DNA from: Bacteroidia bacterium
GTDB taxonomy: Bacteria; Bacteroidota; Bacteroidia; UBA8524
Length of the DNA stretch: 64,000 nucleotides
Direction of reading: 5' to 3'
Assembly: GCA_035906255.1 (NCBI GenBank)
Contig: JAMIFM010000011.1
Span: forward strand, 39,607 to 103,606
Every line of letters starts with the position of its first letter. The first letter of the stretch is position 1. Positions 54,139 to 64,000 of this stretch are shown in pieces. Below the pieces are notes generated by a model. That model was not told the origin of the DNA and ran no database searches. It was given only the letters and a program-made list of their open reading frames with translations. The translations under genes were made by a program, and so were the position numbers.

Positions 54139-56847
54139 ATGAAGAGAATTTTAACGCTATTATGCCTCTTTGTGTTTGCAAAGGTAGGCTTTTCGCAAAT
54201 TGTTATCTCAGGAGTTATGGGTAACCCTGCGGGAACAGACTCTATGTACGAGTATGTTCAGCTTGTTGCAACACAAAACATCAATTTTTCTACAGACCCC
54301 CACACGGTTGTTTTTCTTAACAACGGAACAGCCACTAAAAAAGGATGGGTAAACGGTTTAACCATTTCATACGGCTTTCACCTGAATAGTGGTACTGTTA
54401 ACAAAGGTGATGTTTTTTACGTGGGCGGTTCGGGTAAAAAAATAAACGGAGGCAGTAGCTTGGATATTAGCGGCCAAACTTGGATAAAAACCCTTACACC
54501 ACATACTACTGCTGGTGATGGTTTTGGTAGTGCTAATACCAACGGCTCAGGTATTTTTGGTAACGGTGGCGCAAATGCCGACGGTGTGGGTGTGTTTGTG
54601 GGTGCATTGACTGCAAACGATTCTACTGCTGTACCTATTGATGCGATATTTATGGGTTCGGGTATAGGTACTGCTAAACCTGCAACAGCAGGTGCGGGCT
54701 ACACTGTTCCTACCAATGATAAGTACAGCAATTCACAAGGTTTGTTTGGTGAAGGTACTAATACTTTTATAGCTTCTGATATTAACTTGGCCGGTACTTA
54801 TGTGCGTTTGTCAGGAACTTTTGATGCTACAAATGATATATGGACGACCAGCCGTACTGCAACCAACTACGTTTATACTTCAGGTATTACATTAGATAGT
54901 ATTGCATCACAAATTACAGTAACTTCAACAGACCCTACAATTGTTGTAAATACCGCAGGTTTTACTAACGATTTTGGTTTAACATATCCTAACAACCCTT
55001 CATCGGCCTCTAACTTTGTGTTTGAAGGCAGCAACCTTACCGATTCATTGGAGATTATTATTAACCCTCCTTTCGAAATCCGTGTTGGTAGCAATGCGTT
55101 TGCAAGCGGTAGCATTAAAGTAGGTCATTCATCAGGTACTATTGTTACTACTGTGTTGGATGTTCGTTTCAATCCTACCTCAACAGGTGTGTTCGAAGAT
55201 TCAATCGTGTTTAGCAGCCCCGGTGCTACTGATAAAAAGGTATATGTAAAAGGTACTTCTTCAAACAACCCTGAGCTTAGCTTCAAAGTAACTTCATTTA
55301 ACGTTGATGAAGCGGTAGGTAGCATCAATCTTCAAATTAATATTGCCAATGCTAACAGTACCGCTACTACTTGCAGCCTTTCAGTTGTAGGTGGTTCGGC
55401 CACTTCCGGTTCTGATTTCACTTTCACATCACCACAGGTGATTAACTTTCCTGCTAATTCATCGGATAGCATTGTTGTAAACATTCCTATTTTTGATGAT
55501 AATATCTCTGAGGGTACTGAAACTATTTGGTTTGCGCTAAGCAATGCTACAAACGGTGCTGTGTTTGGTGCTAATGATAGTGCTTTGGTTACTATTACTG
55601 ATAATGATTACCGCAAGGTGAACATTGCTGATATAAGGGGAGTGAATGCTAACGGTGTTTCTGATTCTTTGAATAAGTTGTACGAAATCACAGGTGTTGT
55701 TTACGGACACAACCTAAGGACTGCGGGTTTCCAATTTACTTTGCGCGACCAAACTGCGGGCATCGGTATTTTTAGCCCTGCGGATGCGTTTAGTTATACT
55801 GTGGCTCAAGGAGACAGTTTAACAATACGCGGAAGGTTGTCTCAATTTAACGGTTTGGCTCAGCTTGATTTCTTGGATACCATCATTTTCCACCAATCAA
55901 ACCAACCATTAAGAACTCCTTTCTTGATTACTTCATTGAATGAAAACGGTGAATCAGAGCTTGTTCGCATGAACAACGTTACTGCTAAAACAGGTAACTG
56001 GATTTCGGGCAACCAATATGTTTATTATAACGGCGGTGCCGATTCTATTATGGTTCGTTTGGTGCCAAACACACATAAACTTATCGGTAAGCCAAAACCA
56101 ACAAAAACATTCAGTATTATTGGTATCGGCGGTCAATTTGATGCTTCATCACCTTATACCACAGGTTACCAATTGTTCCCTCGCGACAGTAACGATATTA
56201 TCATTCCTGCTGATTCACTATCAGGCTTTAACTTGCTTACTCCTGCAAACAACAGTACAGTAACAATACAAGGAGCATCAACCCAAACGTTGGATGCAAC
56301 TTGGGAGCCTCCTGTGCCTGCACAAGGTTTAAACCCTGCTACTTATACTTTTATGTTGGATGTTCCTACAGGCGACTTTACTGCTCCTTTGGCCAGCTTC
56401 CCATCAAACGTAGGCGGTAGTGCCCCTGCCCTATCACTTCCTTACTTCCAAGTTGTAGCCCTTATGAACGCGCAAGGCCTGCAAGTGGGTCAGTCTATTT
56501 CACTAAAATGGACTGTAAAAGCAACTACAGGTGGTTACAGCAAGTTTGCCAACCAACCTTTTAACATTACTTTGGTAAGGGAGCGTATGAACAGCGTTGG
56601 CAATACTGCTGCCAATCCATTGGCTGTGTATCCAAACCCTGCTAATACTGATGTTTTGGTTGAAATGCCGGAAACCATCAACACGGTGTATGTAAGCACT
56701 ATTGAAGGTAAACAAGTAATTGCGCTTAACAACGTTAATACTTTCTCAACAGGTGTTGATGTGAGCATGCTTGAAACAGGTATTTATATGTTGACTGTTG
56801 AAACTGCCTCAGGTATTTATACCCAACGTTTGGCTATACAACGCTAA
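54139..56847 (+). CDS. Large secreted T9SS cargo protein with a Calx-beta-like domain.
   Basis: Signal peptide. Calx-beta-like DDNISEGTETIWFALSNATNGA...ITDND. C-terminal CTD (AVYPNPA...GIYMLTVETASGIYTQRLAIQR). 902 aa. Confidence 0.75.
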   Translation: MKRILTLLCLFVFAKVGFSQIVISGVMGNPAGTDSMYEYVQLVATQNINFSTDPHTVVFLNNGTATKKGWVNGLTISYGFHLNSGTVNKGDVFYVGGSGKKINGGSSLDISGQTWIKTLTPHTTAGDGFGSANTNGSGIFGNGGANADGVGVFVGALTANDSTAVPIDAIFMGSGIGTAKPATAGAGYTVPTNDKYSNSQGLFGEGTNTFIASDINLAGTYVRLSGTFDATNDIWTTSRTATNYVYTSGITLDSIASQITVTSTDPTIVVNTAGFTNDFGLTYPNNPSSASNFVFEGSNLTDSLEIIINPPFEIRVGSNAFASGSIKVGHSSGTIVTTVLDVRFNPTSTGVFEDSIVFSSPGATDKKVYVKGTSSNNPELSFKVTSFNVDEAVGSINLQINIANANSTATTCSLSVVGGSATSGSDFTFTSPQVINFPANSSDSIVVNIPIFDDNISEGTETIWFALSNATNGAVFGANDSALVTITDNDYRKVNIADIRGVNANGVSDSLNKLYEITGVVYGHNLRTAGFQFTLRDQTAGIGIFSPADAFSYTVAQGDSLTIRGRLSQFNGLAQLDFLDTIIFHQSNQPLRTPFLITSLNENGESELVRMNNVTAKTGNWISGNQYVYYNGGADSIMVRLVPNTHKLIGKPKPTKTFSIIGIGGQFDASSPYTTGYQLFPRDSNDIIIPADSLSGFNLLTPANNSTVTIQGASTQTLDATWEPPVPAQGLNPATYTFMLDVPTGDFTAPLASFPSNVGGSAPALSLPYFQVVALMNAQGLQVGQSISLKWTVKATTGGYSKFANQPFNITLVRERMNSVGNTAANPLAVYPNPANTDVLVEMPETINTVYVSTIEGKQVIALNNVNTFSTGVDVSMLETGIYMLTVETASGIYTQRLAIQR

Positions 56848-56886
56848 AAGTCAATCATAACAATCTTTTTAGCACATTATTTTAAG

Positions 56887-56916
56887 AAGCCCCGCACCCT
56901 GCGGGGCTTTTTTTAT
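56887..56916 (+). terminator. Rho-independent terminator (gccccgcaccctgcggggc plus T7).
   Basis: Perfect 7-bp GC stem and T-run 40 nt after the stop. Confidence 0.65.
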
Positions 56917-57152
56917 TGTATCAACACATATTTTTATTGCATACGAAACTTTTTATTGTGAACTTTGTATTAACAATTAAGCAGATAATTAATTGTTTTC
57001 ATAGTTTGGCCCTGGGGTGTCGGGAGACACAACGGGGTTTTTTTATGCCTTTTGAAAAAAAATTTCACCAACTGTTTCATCAATCAAAAATTCCCCTATA
57101 TTTGCAGTCCTTTTTCGGAACGGCAGCAATGCCTGAAACACTGAAAAACAAT

Positions 57153-57226
57153 GGACCCGTAGCTTAATTGGATAGAGCATCTGACTACGGATCAGAAGGT
57201 TAGGGGTTCGAATCCCTTCGGGTCCA
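57153..57226 (+). tRNA. tRNA-Arg (anticodon ACG).
   Basis: Acceptor stem GGACCCG/CGGGTCC. D-arm TAGCTTAATTGGATAGAGCA. Anticodon stem-loop TCTGA-CTACGGA-TCAGA. TΨC arm GGGGTTCGAATCCCC. 74 nt. Followed by a terminator. Confidence 0.9.
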
Positions 57227-57242
57227 CAAAACAAACAACAAT

Positions 57243-57270
57243 TAAAAGCCGCAGTACGCGGCTTTTTTGT
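57243..57270 (+). terminator. Terminator after the tRNA (aaaagccgcagtacgcggctttttt).
   Basis: Inverted repeat gccgc...gcggc plus T-run. Confidence 0.6.
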
Positions 57271-57414
57271 TTTTAAGGCTTTTCTGCATCTGCTTTCCCA
57301 TCATTGCAGTTACTCATCCATACGCCGCGTTTAATCATTTGTGGTTGCTTCTATAAGTGTTGATTGCTTACTTGGGACTCTCCTATCATAAACCAATCTT
57401 TAATTCTATCATTT

Positions 57415-60400
57415 ATGAAAAAATCCTTTTTACTTTTTTTATTGACGGTTGTTTTGCAATGGACTGTGGTGTGGGCACAGCCTGAACAGCAACCCGTAAC
57501 CCTATCACCGGGAAAAACCTTTGAGAAGGTTTTTGACCGATTTGGCAACAGCTATGAGCTAAACGATATCCGTATCAGAACTCAGGTTGTGGCACCGCAT
57601 GGCAATGGCAACACAGGCAGAATTGAAAGCACAATTACCCCCGCAACATTATTATGTACCGCAGGTTATTTTGATTTGTATTTTGAGTTGGGCAGCGGTT
57701 TTGAACAAAGCACTCCTACCGAAATTGCCCGCCGCAATGTGTTGTGCCAGTTGTTTACTGACCTGTCTAATTTTATTACCCCTGTAAACCCAAGTACCAA
57801 GGTAAATATTTGGGTGAGGGACATTAACAACATTATCCCCGGCGCGTACTACACGGGTGTGCTGGGAGTTGCCAGTTCGTTTTATGTACCGCCCTCAATC
57901 AGCCCTTCATCGGCAGGGATTATTGACGGTGAAATATGGAAAACCATTAACACCGGATACGATAGTTATACTAACGTAACCTCTCCTCTTATTTCACAAA
58001 GCTCACAACCTACCTCCACAGGTTCGGGTGTGTTTTATCATGGTTTGCTGGGTTTTAACTTCAACAACTGGTCTATCAATTGGCATACCGACTTAACCAC
58101 TCCTACCTCATCAGGTTTATACGACCTTTATACAGTGGCTTTGCACGAGGCTACCCACGCCTTAGGTTTTGCGTCGCTGATTGATTACAACGGCGATTCT
58201 AAATTTGGTACTGCGTTTAATTACTACTCGCGCTATGATTTGTATTTGCAAGACCAAGCAGGTCAACCTCTTGTTACCACAGCTTCAAGTTGCAGTTTGT
58301 ACGATTATGGTTTCAACCCGCTGCTAACAGCCTCTACTTTATTATCGCCCAACCCTGCCACTTGCGGCAGCACTATACCTTATAGCGGCAGTTTAGATAA
58401 CACTACTTGCAGCACAGGGGTAGTTTTTGCAGGGGCTGTGAACCAAACTGTTTATACCCCCGATTGTTTTGAACCACCATCAAGTTTAAGTCACTTAGAA
58501 GACCAATGCTGTTCGCCATCGCCTCACCCCAACAACGAATATTATTGTATGTCAAACGCAACAGGTTCAGGGATTACGTTTATGAAACGCTACCTGAAAC
58601 CCGAAGAAAGGGGTGTTTTGTGCGATATAGGCTACAAAGTGGGCACCTACTACGGTAATACCATGTACACAGCCAATAACTACAGTTATGGCGGTAGTGC
58701 CTGCGCCGGATTGGATGTTGCGGGTGTAAATGACGGGATTTCAACAAGTGGTACATTTACTTTTTTTGTTGCAACAAGTAGTACAGTAAACATAAACGGT
58801 ATTGACTTATTGGGTAACGATTACAATGCCGATGAGTTTGAATGCCTTGAGGTAATGAACGGCTTGGGTACTGTAAGCCTTACCAACGGTAACAGTTCGG
58901 CTACGGTAACGTTTACCGCAGGCGGTTCAACAGGGATTGCGTTGTTGCGCTATATCCCCGTAAATACCACTACCGGTAACAGGGGTAACATTACATACTC
59001 GTACGTGTATGTGTATAACGGCAGTTGCATACCTACTGCTTGTAATATGGTAATGAACGGCGGCTTTGAAAGCGGTTCTAATTGCGGACAACAAAACTAT
59101 TGTTGCCCTGCTGACAACCCAGTAATTGATTGTTGGGACATCATAGATTGGTCGGCAGATTATTTTGTGCGTGGTTGTACTCCTCCTTCAAACACTGATC
59201 TTACGGTTCCCACTGGGAGTATGTACGGACCAGTTCCAACTGACAGTTGGGACAATGGTGCAGGCGGAAATGACAAATTTATTGGAATGTGGGCAGGTGC
59301 AGGATTTTCAGGCTTTGGCTTAGAATCTGAACAAACCATGCTTTCTACCCCTATCCTGCCAAACACAACATATACATTAAGTTTTTGGGCTAAAGCAGTG
59401 TCAAACAGCATAATATGGGACGGAAATGCTACAGTTATGTTTAGAGGTGATGTAGGCCCTGTAGCCGGAGTTGGTTTCTTACCATCGTTTAACTACGGCG
59501 ACTACCTTACCGAAGCAGTTGTAATTGATGACGATCAATGGCACTTTTATTCTATACAATTCACTCATACAGGTACACAACCGCTTAACAATCTTTTAGT
59601 GGCTAACGCTACACTGCACCCAACTATTAATACATATTTATTTTTAGACGACGTTGTTCTTACACCAACAACTACGGCAGCGGTATTCCAACCACCATCG
59701 GGAGATTTGTGTCGCAAAATATCTAAAATTGATAACCTTGCTGATTATGTATTCCCCACCCCTCCTCCGGGAGCTTCATTCTCAGGCCCCGGTGTAAGTT
59801 TCAGCGGCGGTATCTATTCATTCACTGCCCCAAGTGACGGGTTGTTTACCATTCTTTACACTTACACCAATAACTTAGGCTGCGTAATTACCATCCCCGC
59901 ACAGATTAATGCCTCTATTAATCCTCCTCCGGTAATTTCAATGTACTCTACCATTGCCTTGGGCGAATTATTTACCTACGATTCTCGCATTGGCAACGGT
60001 ATTGAGGGGTATTATACCGGTTCCGGCCACATTATGGCGGGTGTAAAATACAACACCCCTTCCAGCGGTATTACTGTACCATCGCCTTTGGTTATCAAAG
60101 AACATTATAATGGAATTGGCGGCGGCCCTACGGCATTTAACAGGGCGTATCAATACATCGACCCTATAAGCGGTAACCCATTAGAAGTAAACGACAGCAG
60201 GATTGTAGAGATAAAAGACGGTTCGGGCTATATATGTGTCTCATCGTTTAAAGTAAGGCGCACTACTGTACCTTGGCTAAACAGTTATGTATGTGGTGTT
60301 TTGTATATGGAACTTGATAAGAACGGTAACGTAATGTTTACCCAAAAATACACCATTGCCCCTATGGTGGGCGGTGTACCGTTGGGTGTTACTGATTTAA

Positions 60401-61692
60401 CAGTTACAGCAGTAAAACAATTAACAGCTACAAGCCCTGCGGTAGATGAGTTTGTAATAACAGGACAAGTGAAAGAGGGTGAAGAAACCCAAATATTTGT
60501 ATTGCCTGTTGACCGCATGGGTAACATGAAGTGGGGCGGTGGTATGCTATACGATATGCCCGGCACCCCCCCAAGCACACAAGAAATGCCTACCGATATT
60601 ATTGAAAATCCGTTTGGTATGGTAGGCCCGTTCACAAGGTTGCACATAGTGGGCCATGTAGAAATTTTGGGTAGCGGAAGCAGCCGTGATGCTTTTGTAC
60701 TAACGGTTGATGAAACTGCGGGTGGAACAATGAACTTTCAAGTGTATGATTTTAGCGGAAAATTTGATGCATTTACCAACATTATACCGCTTGATTACCG
60801 TAACAAACCCGGATTTGCCGTTAGCGGATACTCACACAGCAACGCATTTAACATTGGTGAAATGCTGGCCATGAAGTTTGACGTGAACATGGTACCTGAG
60901 TGGAGCTATACCTACGACGATGCTGATATGCCCGGTAATGTGCAAGAAGCGTATGGTATTACTGATATTATGGATTGCAAAACAGGTGATTATAAACTGG
61001 CTATAGCCGGAAGCCGTAACGGTTTTGGTGTAAGAGATGCTGTTCAGATATACCTTGATAATGACGGTACACCTATAAATGGCATGAATATTTCTGACTT
61101 GGGCGGCGATGAATATGCTGTAAGCGTAGATAACATACCTACCGGACGCGTTACTTTATTTAACCACTACGCCGATGTTTTCCCTGTCGAAAATCATTAC
61201 CTTCTATTCGGTTGCTTCTCAGCACACCACGAAGTGGTTCAAAACCCTGCTCCCTACACAGTATCTTATCCTGCTATAAACTTTACACCTCCGTTTGTGC
61301 AAGAAACTTCTTGGTTAACAAGTGTTAAAGACTTTACCAAAACCTTGCTTTGCTTGGCGCAACCATCTATTGGCCAAAACAACAAAGGAAACGAAGTTGA
61401 AACCTTTAATTATCCTGCGTATAAAGCCATGCCTGATATTGGCGGCAGCACTGCAAACACAGGCATTAGCGTATCACCCAACCCCGTTAGCAAAACACTA
61501 ACCATACAGGTGGATAATATTGCCAATGCCACGGTATTGATTAAAAGCGTACAAGGCGTTTTGGTAGGCCGTGCCCAACCTATGGGCAACAACCAATACA
61601 CCTTTGATACTACCCCGCTTGCATCAGGAATGTATTTTGTAGAGGTGGTGAATGAAAACACCCGCAAAACTGTGAAGTTTATCAAACAGTAA
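57415..61692 (+). CDS. Giant secreted zincin-like metalloprotease-domain protein with a T9SS C-terminal domain.
   Basis: Signal peptide from the Met at 57415 (the ORF track starts at 57364). HExxH motif VALHEATHALGF. C-terminal CTD (...GMYFVEVVNENTRKTVKFIKQ). About 1425 aa. Confidence 0.7.
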   Translation: MKKSFLLFLLTVVLQWTVVWAQPEQQPVTLSPGKTFEKVFDRFGNSYELNDIRIRTQVVAPHGNGNTGRIESTITPATLLCTAGYFDLYFELGSGFEQSTPTEIARRNVLCQLFTDLSNFITPVNPSTKVNIWVRDINNIIPGAYYTGVLGVASSFYVPPSISPSSAGIIDGEIWKTINTGYDSYTNVTSPLISQSSQPTSTGSGVFYHGLLGFNFNNWSINWHTDLTTPTSSGLYDLYTVALHEATHALGFASLIDYNGDSKFGTAFNYYSRYDLYLQDQAGQPLVTTASSCSLYDYGFNPLLTASTLLSPNPATCGSTIPYSGSLDNTTCSTGVVFAGAVNQTVYTPDCFEPPSSLSHLEDQCCSPSPHPNNEYYCMSNATGSGITFMKRYLKPEERGVLCDIGYKVGTYYGNTMYTANNYSYGGSACAGLDVAGVNDGISTSGTFTFFVATSSTVNINGIDLLGNDYNADEFECLEVMNGLGTVSLTNGNSSATVTFTAGGSTGIALLRYIPVNTTTGNRGNITYSYVYVYNGSCIPTACNMVMNGGFESGSNCGQQNYCCPADNPVIDCWDIIDWSADYFVRGCTPPSNTDLTVPTGSMYGPVPTDSWDNGAGGNDKFIGMWAGAGFSGFGLESEQTMLSTPILPNTTYTLSFWAKAVSNSIIWDGNATVMFRGDVGPVAGVGFLPSFNYGDYLTEAVVIDDDQWHFYSIQFTHTGTQPLNNLLVANATLHPTINTYLFLDDVVLTPTTTAAVFQPPSGDLCRKISKIDNLADYVFPTPPPGASFSGPGVSFSGGIYSFTAPSDGLFTILYTYTNNLGCVITIPAQINASINPPPVISMYSTIALGELFTYDSRIGNGIEGYYTGSGHIMAGVKYNTPSSGITVPSPLVIKEHYNGIGGGPTAFNRAYQYIDPISGNPLEVNDSRIVEIKDGSGYICVSSFKVRRTTVPWLNSYVCGVLYMELDKNGNVMFTQKYTIAPMVGGVPLGVTDLTVTAVKQLTATSPAVDEFVITGQVKEGEETQIFVLPVDRMGNMKWGGGMLYDMPGTPPSTQEMPTDIIENPFGMVGPFTRLHIVGHVEILGSGSSRDAFVLTVDETAGGTMNFQVYDFSGKFDAFTNIIPLDYRNKPGFAVSGYSHSNAFNIGEMLAMKFDVNMVPEWSYTYDDADMPGNVQEAYGITDIMDCKTGDYKLAIAGSRNGFGVRDAVQIYLDNDGTPINGMNISDLGGDEYAVSVDNIPTGRVTLFNHYADVFPVENHYLLFGCFSAHHEVVQNPAPYTVSYPAINFTPPFVQETSWLTSVKDFTKTLLCLAQPSIGQNNKGNEVETFNYPAYKAMPDIGGSTANTGISVSPNPVSKTLTIQVDNIANATVLIKSVQGVLVGRAQPMGNNQYTFDTTPLASGMYFVEVVNENTRKTVKFIKQ

Positions 61693-61711
61693 TAGTTGAA
61701 GTACCCCTATA

Positions 61712-61748
61712 AAAAAGCCCGCTGAGAGTTCTCAGCGGGCTTTTTTAT
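61712..61748. terminator. Bidirectional terminator (aaaaaagcccgctgagagttctcagcgggctttttt) between convergent giant genes.
   Basis: 12-bp perfect inverted repeat with A-runs and T-runs on both sides. Confidence 0.65.
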
Positions 61749-61763
61749 TAGTTTCCGTATGTT

Positions 61764-64000
61764 TTAATTTACGGCAAAGCGCAACAATTTTTCATCTTTG
61801 CCTGCCTTTACTTTTAACAAATACATCCCTTTTGACAGTTGTGATACATCCACAGGTAAAGCATAGTTATTACCTGCCATTACAGGGTTTAATTGCATAA
61901 ATTCTCTGCCTGCAATATCCATTATTGTTACACTGATTTCAGCAACTTGTAAAAGCTCTAAATCAATAGTTAACAACCCGTTTGTTGGGTTAGGATAAAC
62001 AGAAACCTTACCCCCGTTGGCAAACTCTTCAACACCTACAAAAATAGTAAGTGGTGCTGCTAACGATATTGTGCTGCAACCATTCAGTTGAACCAAGCAA
62101 CGGTATTGGAAACCCGTAAGTGCTGCGGTAGTATTGGTAATGGTTAACGTATTGGTTTGTACGCCTGAATAAGGTGCCGCGTTACTAAGAGCCGCAAAAG
62201 TGCTTGTACCTGCATCACCTTCCCATTGGTAACTTGCACCCGCATTGGGAGAAACAACGCTGAATACGGCATCTTTACCGCTATGAACGCCCACCGCCAC
62301 AGGCTGTGTGGTAACAGATGGCAACGGCTTCATCAAAATGCTTACAGGTGTCGATATTTCTTTGCAGTTATCGGTATTGGTTACCAGCACATAATAACTA
62401 CCTGTGTTTTTAACCACCAGTTCAGTAGCTTGTGCTGTATTAATAGCCACACTGTCTTTATACCACAAATAGGTTAGTCCAGTGCCAGTATTAGCGGTAA
62501 GAGTGGCACTGTCGCCGTCGCAAAAATCAGTTTTATTGGCAATGGCAGTGGCCGCAGGCTTAGTATTTATTGCTATTGAAACCGAATCGTCAGTAGAAGT
62601 ACAACTGCCTATAATTACATAGGCTTTGTAAACGCCTGCTTTTGCAGTGGTAACATTGGTAAGCAACGGGTTGGTAGCCGATGAGGTAAACCCGTCAGGC
62701 CCTTGCCAAGCAAACACAGCCCCTGCAACTGAATTTCCTATTAAATGTAACGAGTCTCCCTCGCAAAGCACATTACCTGCTGCCGAACTAACCACTGGCG
62801 GTATTGGCGGCGGGTAGATGTATAAATGCGCGGTATCATACCCCGATTTACAAAAGGCATCTTCTACATACACTGTATAATTGCCCCTGAACGTGGTATC
62901 AAGATTGGTGAACCTGAACGATTGTGAACTGCTGCTAAATCCGTTAGCACCCGTCCACACATAAGAAACACCGGGTGAAGATGAAGCGGCATTAAAATCA
63001 ACACTATCGCCCACACATTTTGAGCTGATAGCATCGGCCACAGGCGTTTCAGGTGTTTTATATACTTTTACAATCGTATTTGATGCTGATGAAACACACC
63101 CGCCTATACCCGCACTCACCATATACATACCGTTTATGGTAGTATCGGCATTGGTAAAAACAGTATCGGGTTTGTTATCCAAATAGCCGTTCGGCCCCGC
63201 CCAAAAGTAACTTTGCCCCGGCACGGTATCTACCCACATCCGCAGTGGGTTTCCACTGCAAACAGGCCCGTCGTTATATACTTTTGGCACATCAGGTACT
63301 GCATTCAGTTTCTTAGTAGTACTGTGCGAACACCCTTTAGTCCAGCCGTAAATAGTGTCTTTCAAAGTTACATCATACGCCATACGGTTATTATAAGTAT
63401 GGTTACCGTTTATGCTGTAATACATACCTGTTGTGTCGCCGTATTCCCACATATAGCAAAACTGCGGAATGTTAAAGTATGCGTAGCGGTTGTAAAAAGG
63501 GCTTGCTACCACCCCTGATGAGGTATTAATAAAATCAATCGCATTCCCCCCCCTGTTACACTCAGAAATGGTAAAATCAGCTTTTAGGTTATAACTCACA
63601 TGGGGTTGTAAAATAAAATCGGCATCAAAAGCAATACCTCCCACATTTATGTTGTATGCCCGTAGGTAATTAGCTCCAATCCTCACTGAACTAAGCCATT
63701 CTTTACGCCCGTTGGGTGTAGTGGCAGCATAGTCATTTGCTAACACAGACACATTGGTAGAGCTTGTGTTCTCAACCGTTAGCACATAAGGTACAGTAAT
63801 AGTAATGGGCGAAGCAAACGTAACGGTTTTTTTAAGCGCAGTTAACTGACCGTTGCCAAATGTTGAATCTACATTAATGGTAATTGAACGCAAGGGTGCA
63901 CCGGTTGGCAATGAATCGGATGCTGATGCCCTGTAAATATTACAAGTAAGCGTAACTACCGCATTGGTACCCGTACTTTGCCACGCATAAAAATCAAACC
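61764..64000 (-). CDS. Giant T9SS cargo protein with repeated Ig-like/PKD-like domains. 5' end lies beyond the window.
   Basis: The minus-strand frame stays open from 63911 to the window edge, so the TTG at 63911 is internal. C-terminal CTD (...GMYLLKVKAGKDEKLLRFAVN). Repeated ~90 aa Cys-containing beta-rich modules. Confidence 0.7.
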   Translation of the reverse strand, partial: FDFYAWQSTGTNAVVTLTCNIYRASASDSLPTGAPLRSITINVDSTFGNGQLTALKKTVTFASPITITVPYVLTVENTSSTNVSVLANDYAATTPNGRKEWLSSVRIGANYLRAYNINVGGIAFDADFILQPHVSYNLKADFTISECNRGGNAIDFINTSSGVVASPFYNRYAYFNIPQFCYMWEYGDTTGMYYSINGNHTYNNRMAYDVTLKDTIYGWTKGCSHSTTKKLNAVPDVPKVYNDGPVCSGNPLRMWVDTVPGQSYFWAGPNGYLDNKPDTVFTNADTTINGMYMVSAGIGGCVSSASNTIVKVYKTPETPVADAISSKCVGDSVDFNAASSSPGVSYVWTGANGFSSSSQSFRFTNLDTTFRGNYTVYVEDAFCKSGYDTAHLYIYPPPIPPVVSSAAGNVLCEGDSLHLIGNSVAGAVFAWQGPDGFTSSATNPLLTNVTTAKAGVYKAYVIIGSCTSTDDSVSIAINTKPAATAIANKTDFCDGDSATLTANTGTGLTYLWYKDSVAINTAQATELVVKNTGSYYVLVTNTDNCKEISTPVSILMKPLPSVTTQPVAVGVHSGKDAVFSVVSPNAGASYQWEGDAGTSTFAALSNAAPYSGVQTNTLTITNTTAALTGFQYRCLVQLNGCSTISLAAPLTIFVGVEEFANGGKVSVYPNPTNGLLTIDLELLQVAEISVTIMDIAGREFMQLNPVMAGNNYALPVDVSQLSKGMYLLKVKAGKDEKLLRFAVN

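Noticed and set aside
1-64000. Searched for transposases, integrases or phage genes that could mobilise the repeats or mark a prophage, and for rRNA genes.
   Set aside because: No ORF shows DDE/transposase, tyrosine or serine recombinase, or phage structural motifs. There is no rRNA-like conserved sequence. The only RNA gene found is tRNA-Arg at 57153-57226.

Overview
This 64 kb window looks like a Bacteroidetes chromosome segment (Chitinophagia/Sphingobacteriia-like). Seven ORFs end in a type-IX-secretion (T9SS) C-terminal sorting domain, regulatory regions carry TAnnTTTG-type -7 promoter motifs, and GC content is moderate. Gene density is high, with about 50 credible CDS and one tRNA-Arg(ACG). 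Mostly housekeeping and envelope genes: an NRAMP-Usp fusion (5' truncated), a sodium:solute symporter, a PIG-L deacetylase, a STAS-like protein with a cytoplasmic histidine kinase, a tandem-duplicated D-Ala-D-Ala ligase translationally coupled to a triple-PASTA protein, rhodanese, an M23-MerR-CapA operon, PruA, RluA, a YhhQ-like transporter, a radical SAM PA0069-type protein, PanB, TrxB, an FtsX-like permease, Acs, HmgA, PepP, a CDF transporter and heme oxygenase. There are several large T9SS cargo proteins, including a BNR propeller, an S1 protease, a Calx-beta protein, a 1.4 kDa-residue zincin-like protein and an Ig-repeat giant that runs off the 3' edge. The most unusual thing is non-coding. 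A mosaic family of intergenic repeats occurs at 10 or more loci. It is built from about 7 recurring hairpin-rich modules (labelled G, A, B, C, D, E, F here) that, when complete, appear in the same order and span about 600-650 bp; the complete copies are at 1343-1990 and 51325-51915. One locus (30456-31290) holds a locally duplicated array. These elements create many spurious small ORFs of the MTIPLNPLWGLALP type, and I could not match them to any named repeat family. Other candidates are a small low-GC defense-like island (a MrcB-N/DUF3578-HNH nuclease next to an overlapping HipA-like kinase and DUF3037 pair) flanked by one of the repeats, and a split version of the plant GRDP architecture (DUF1399-like gene plus a gene with a Gly/Ser/Cys-rich tail). 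There is also a TGACA-N6-TGACA direct-repeat array in the divergent promoter upstream of the heme-oxygenase gene, and an identical 35-nt palindromic terminator reused at two loci. I did not see any transposase, integrase, CRISPR array or rRNA.
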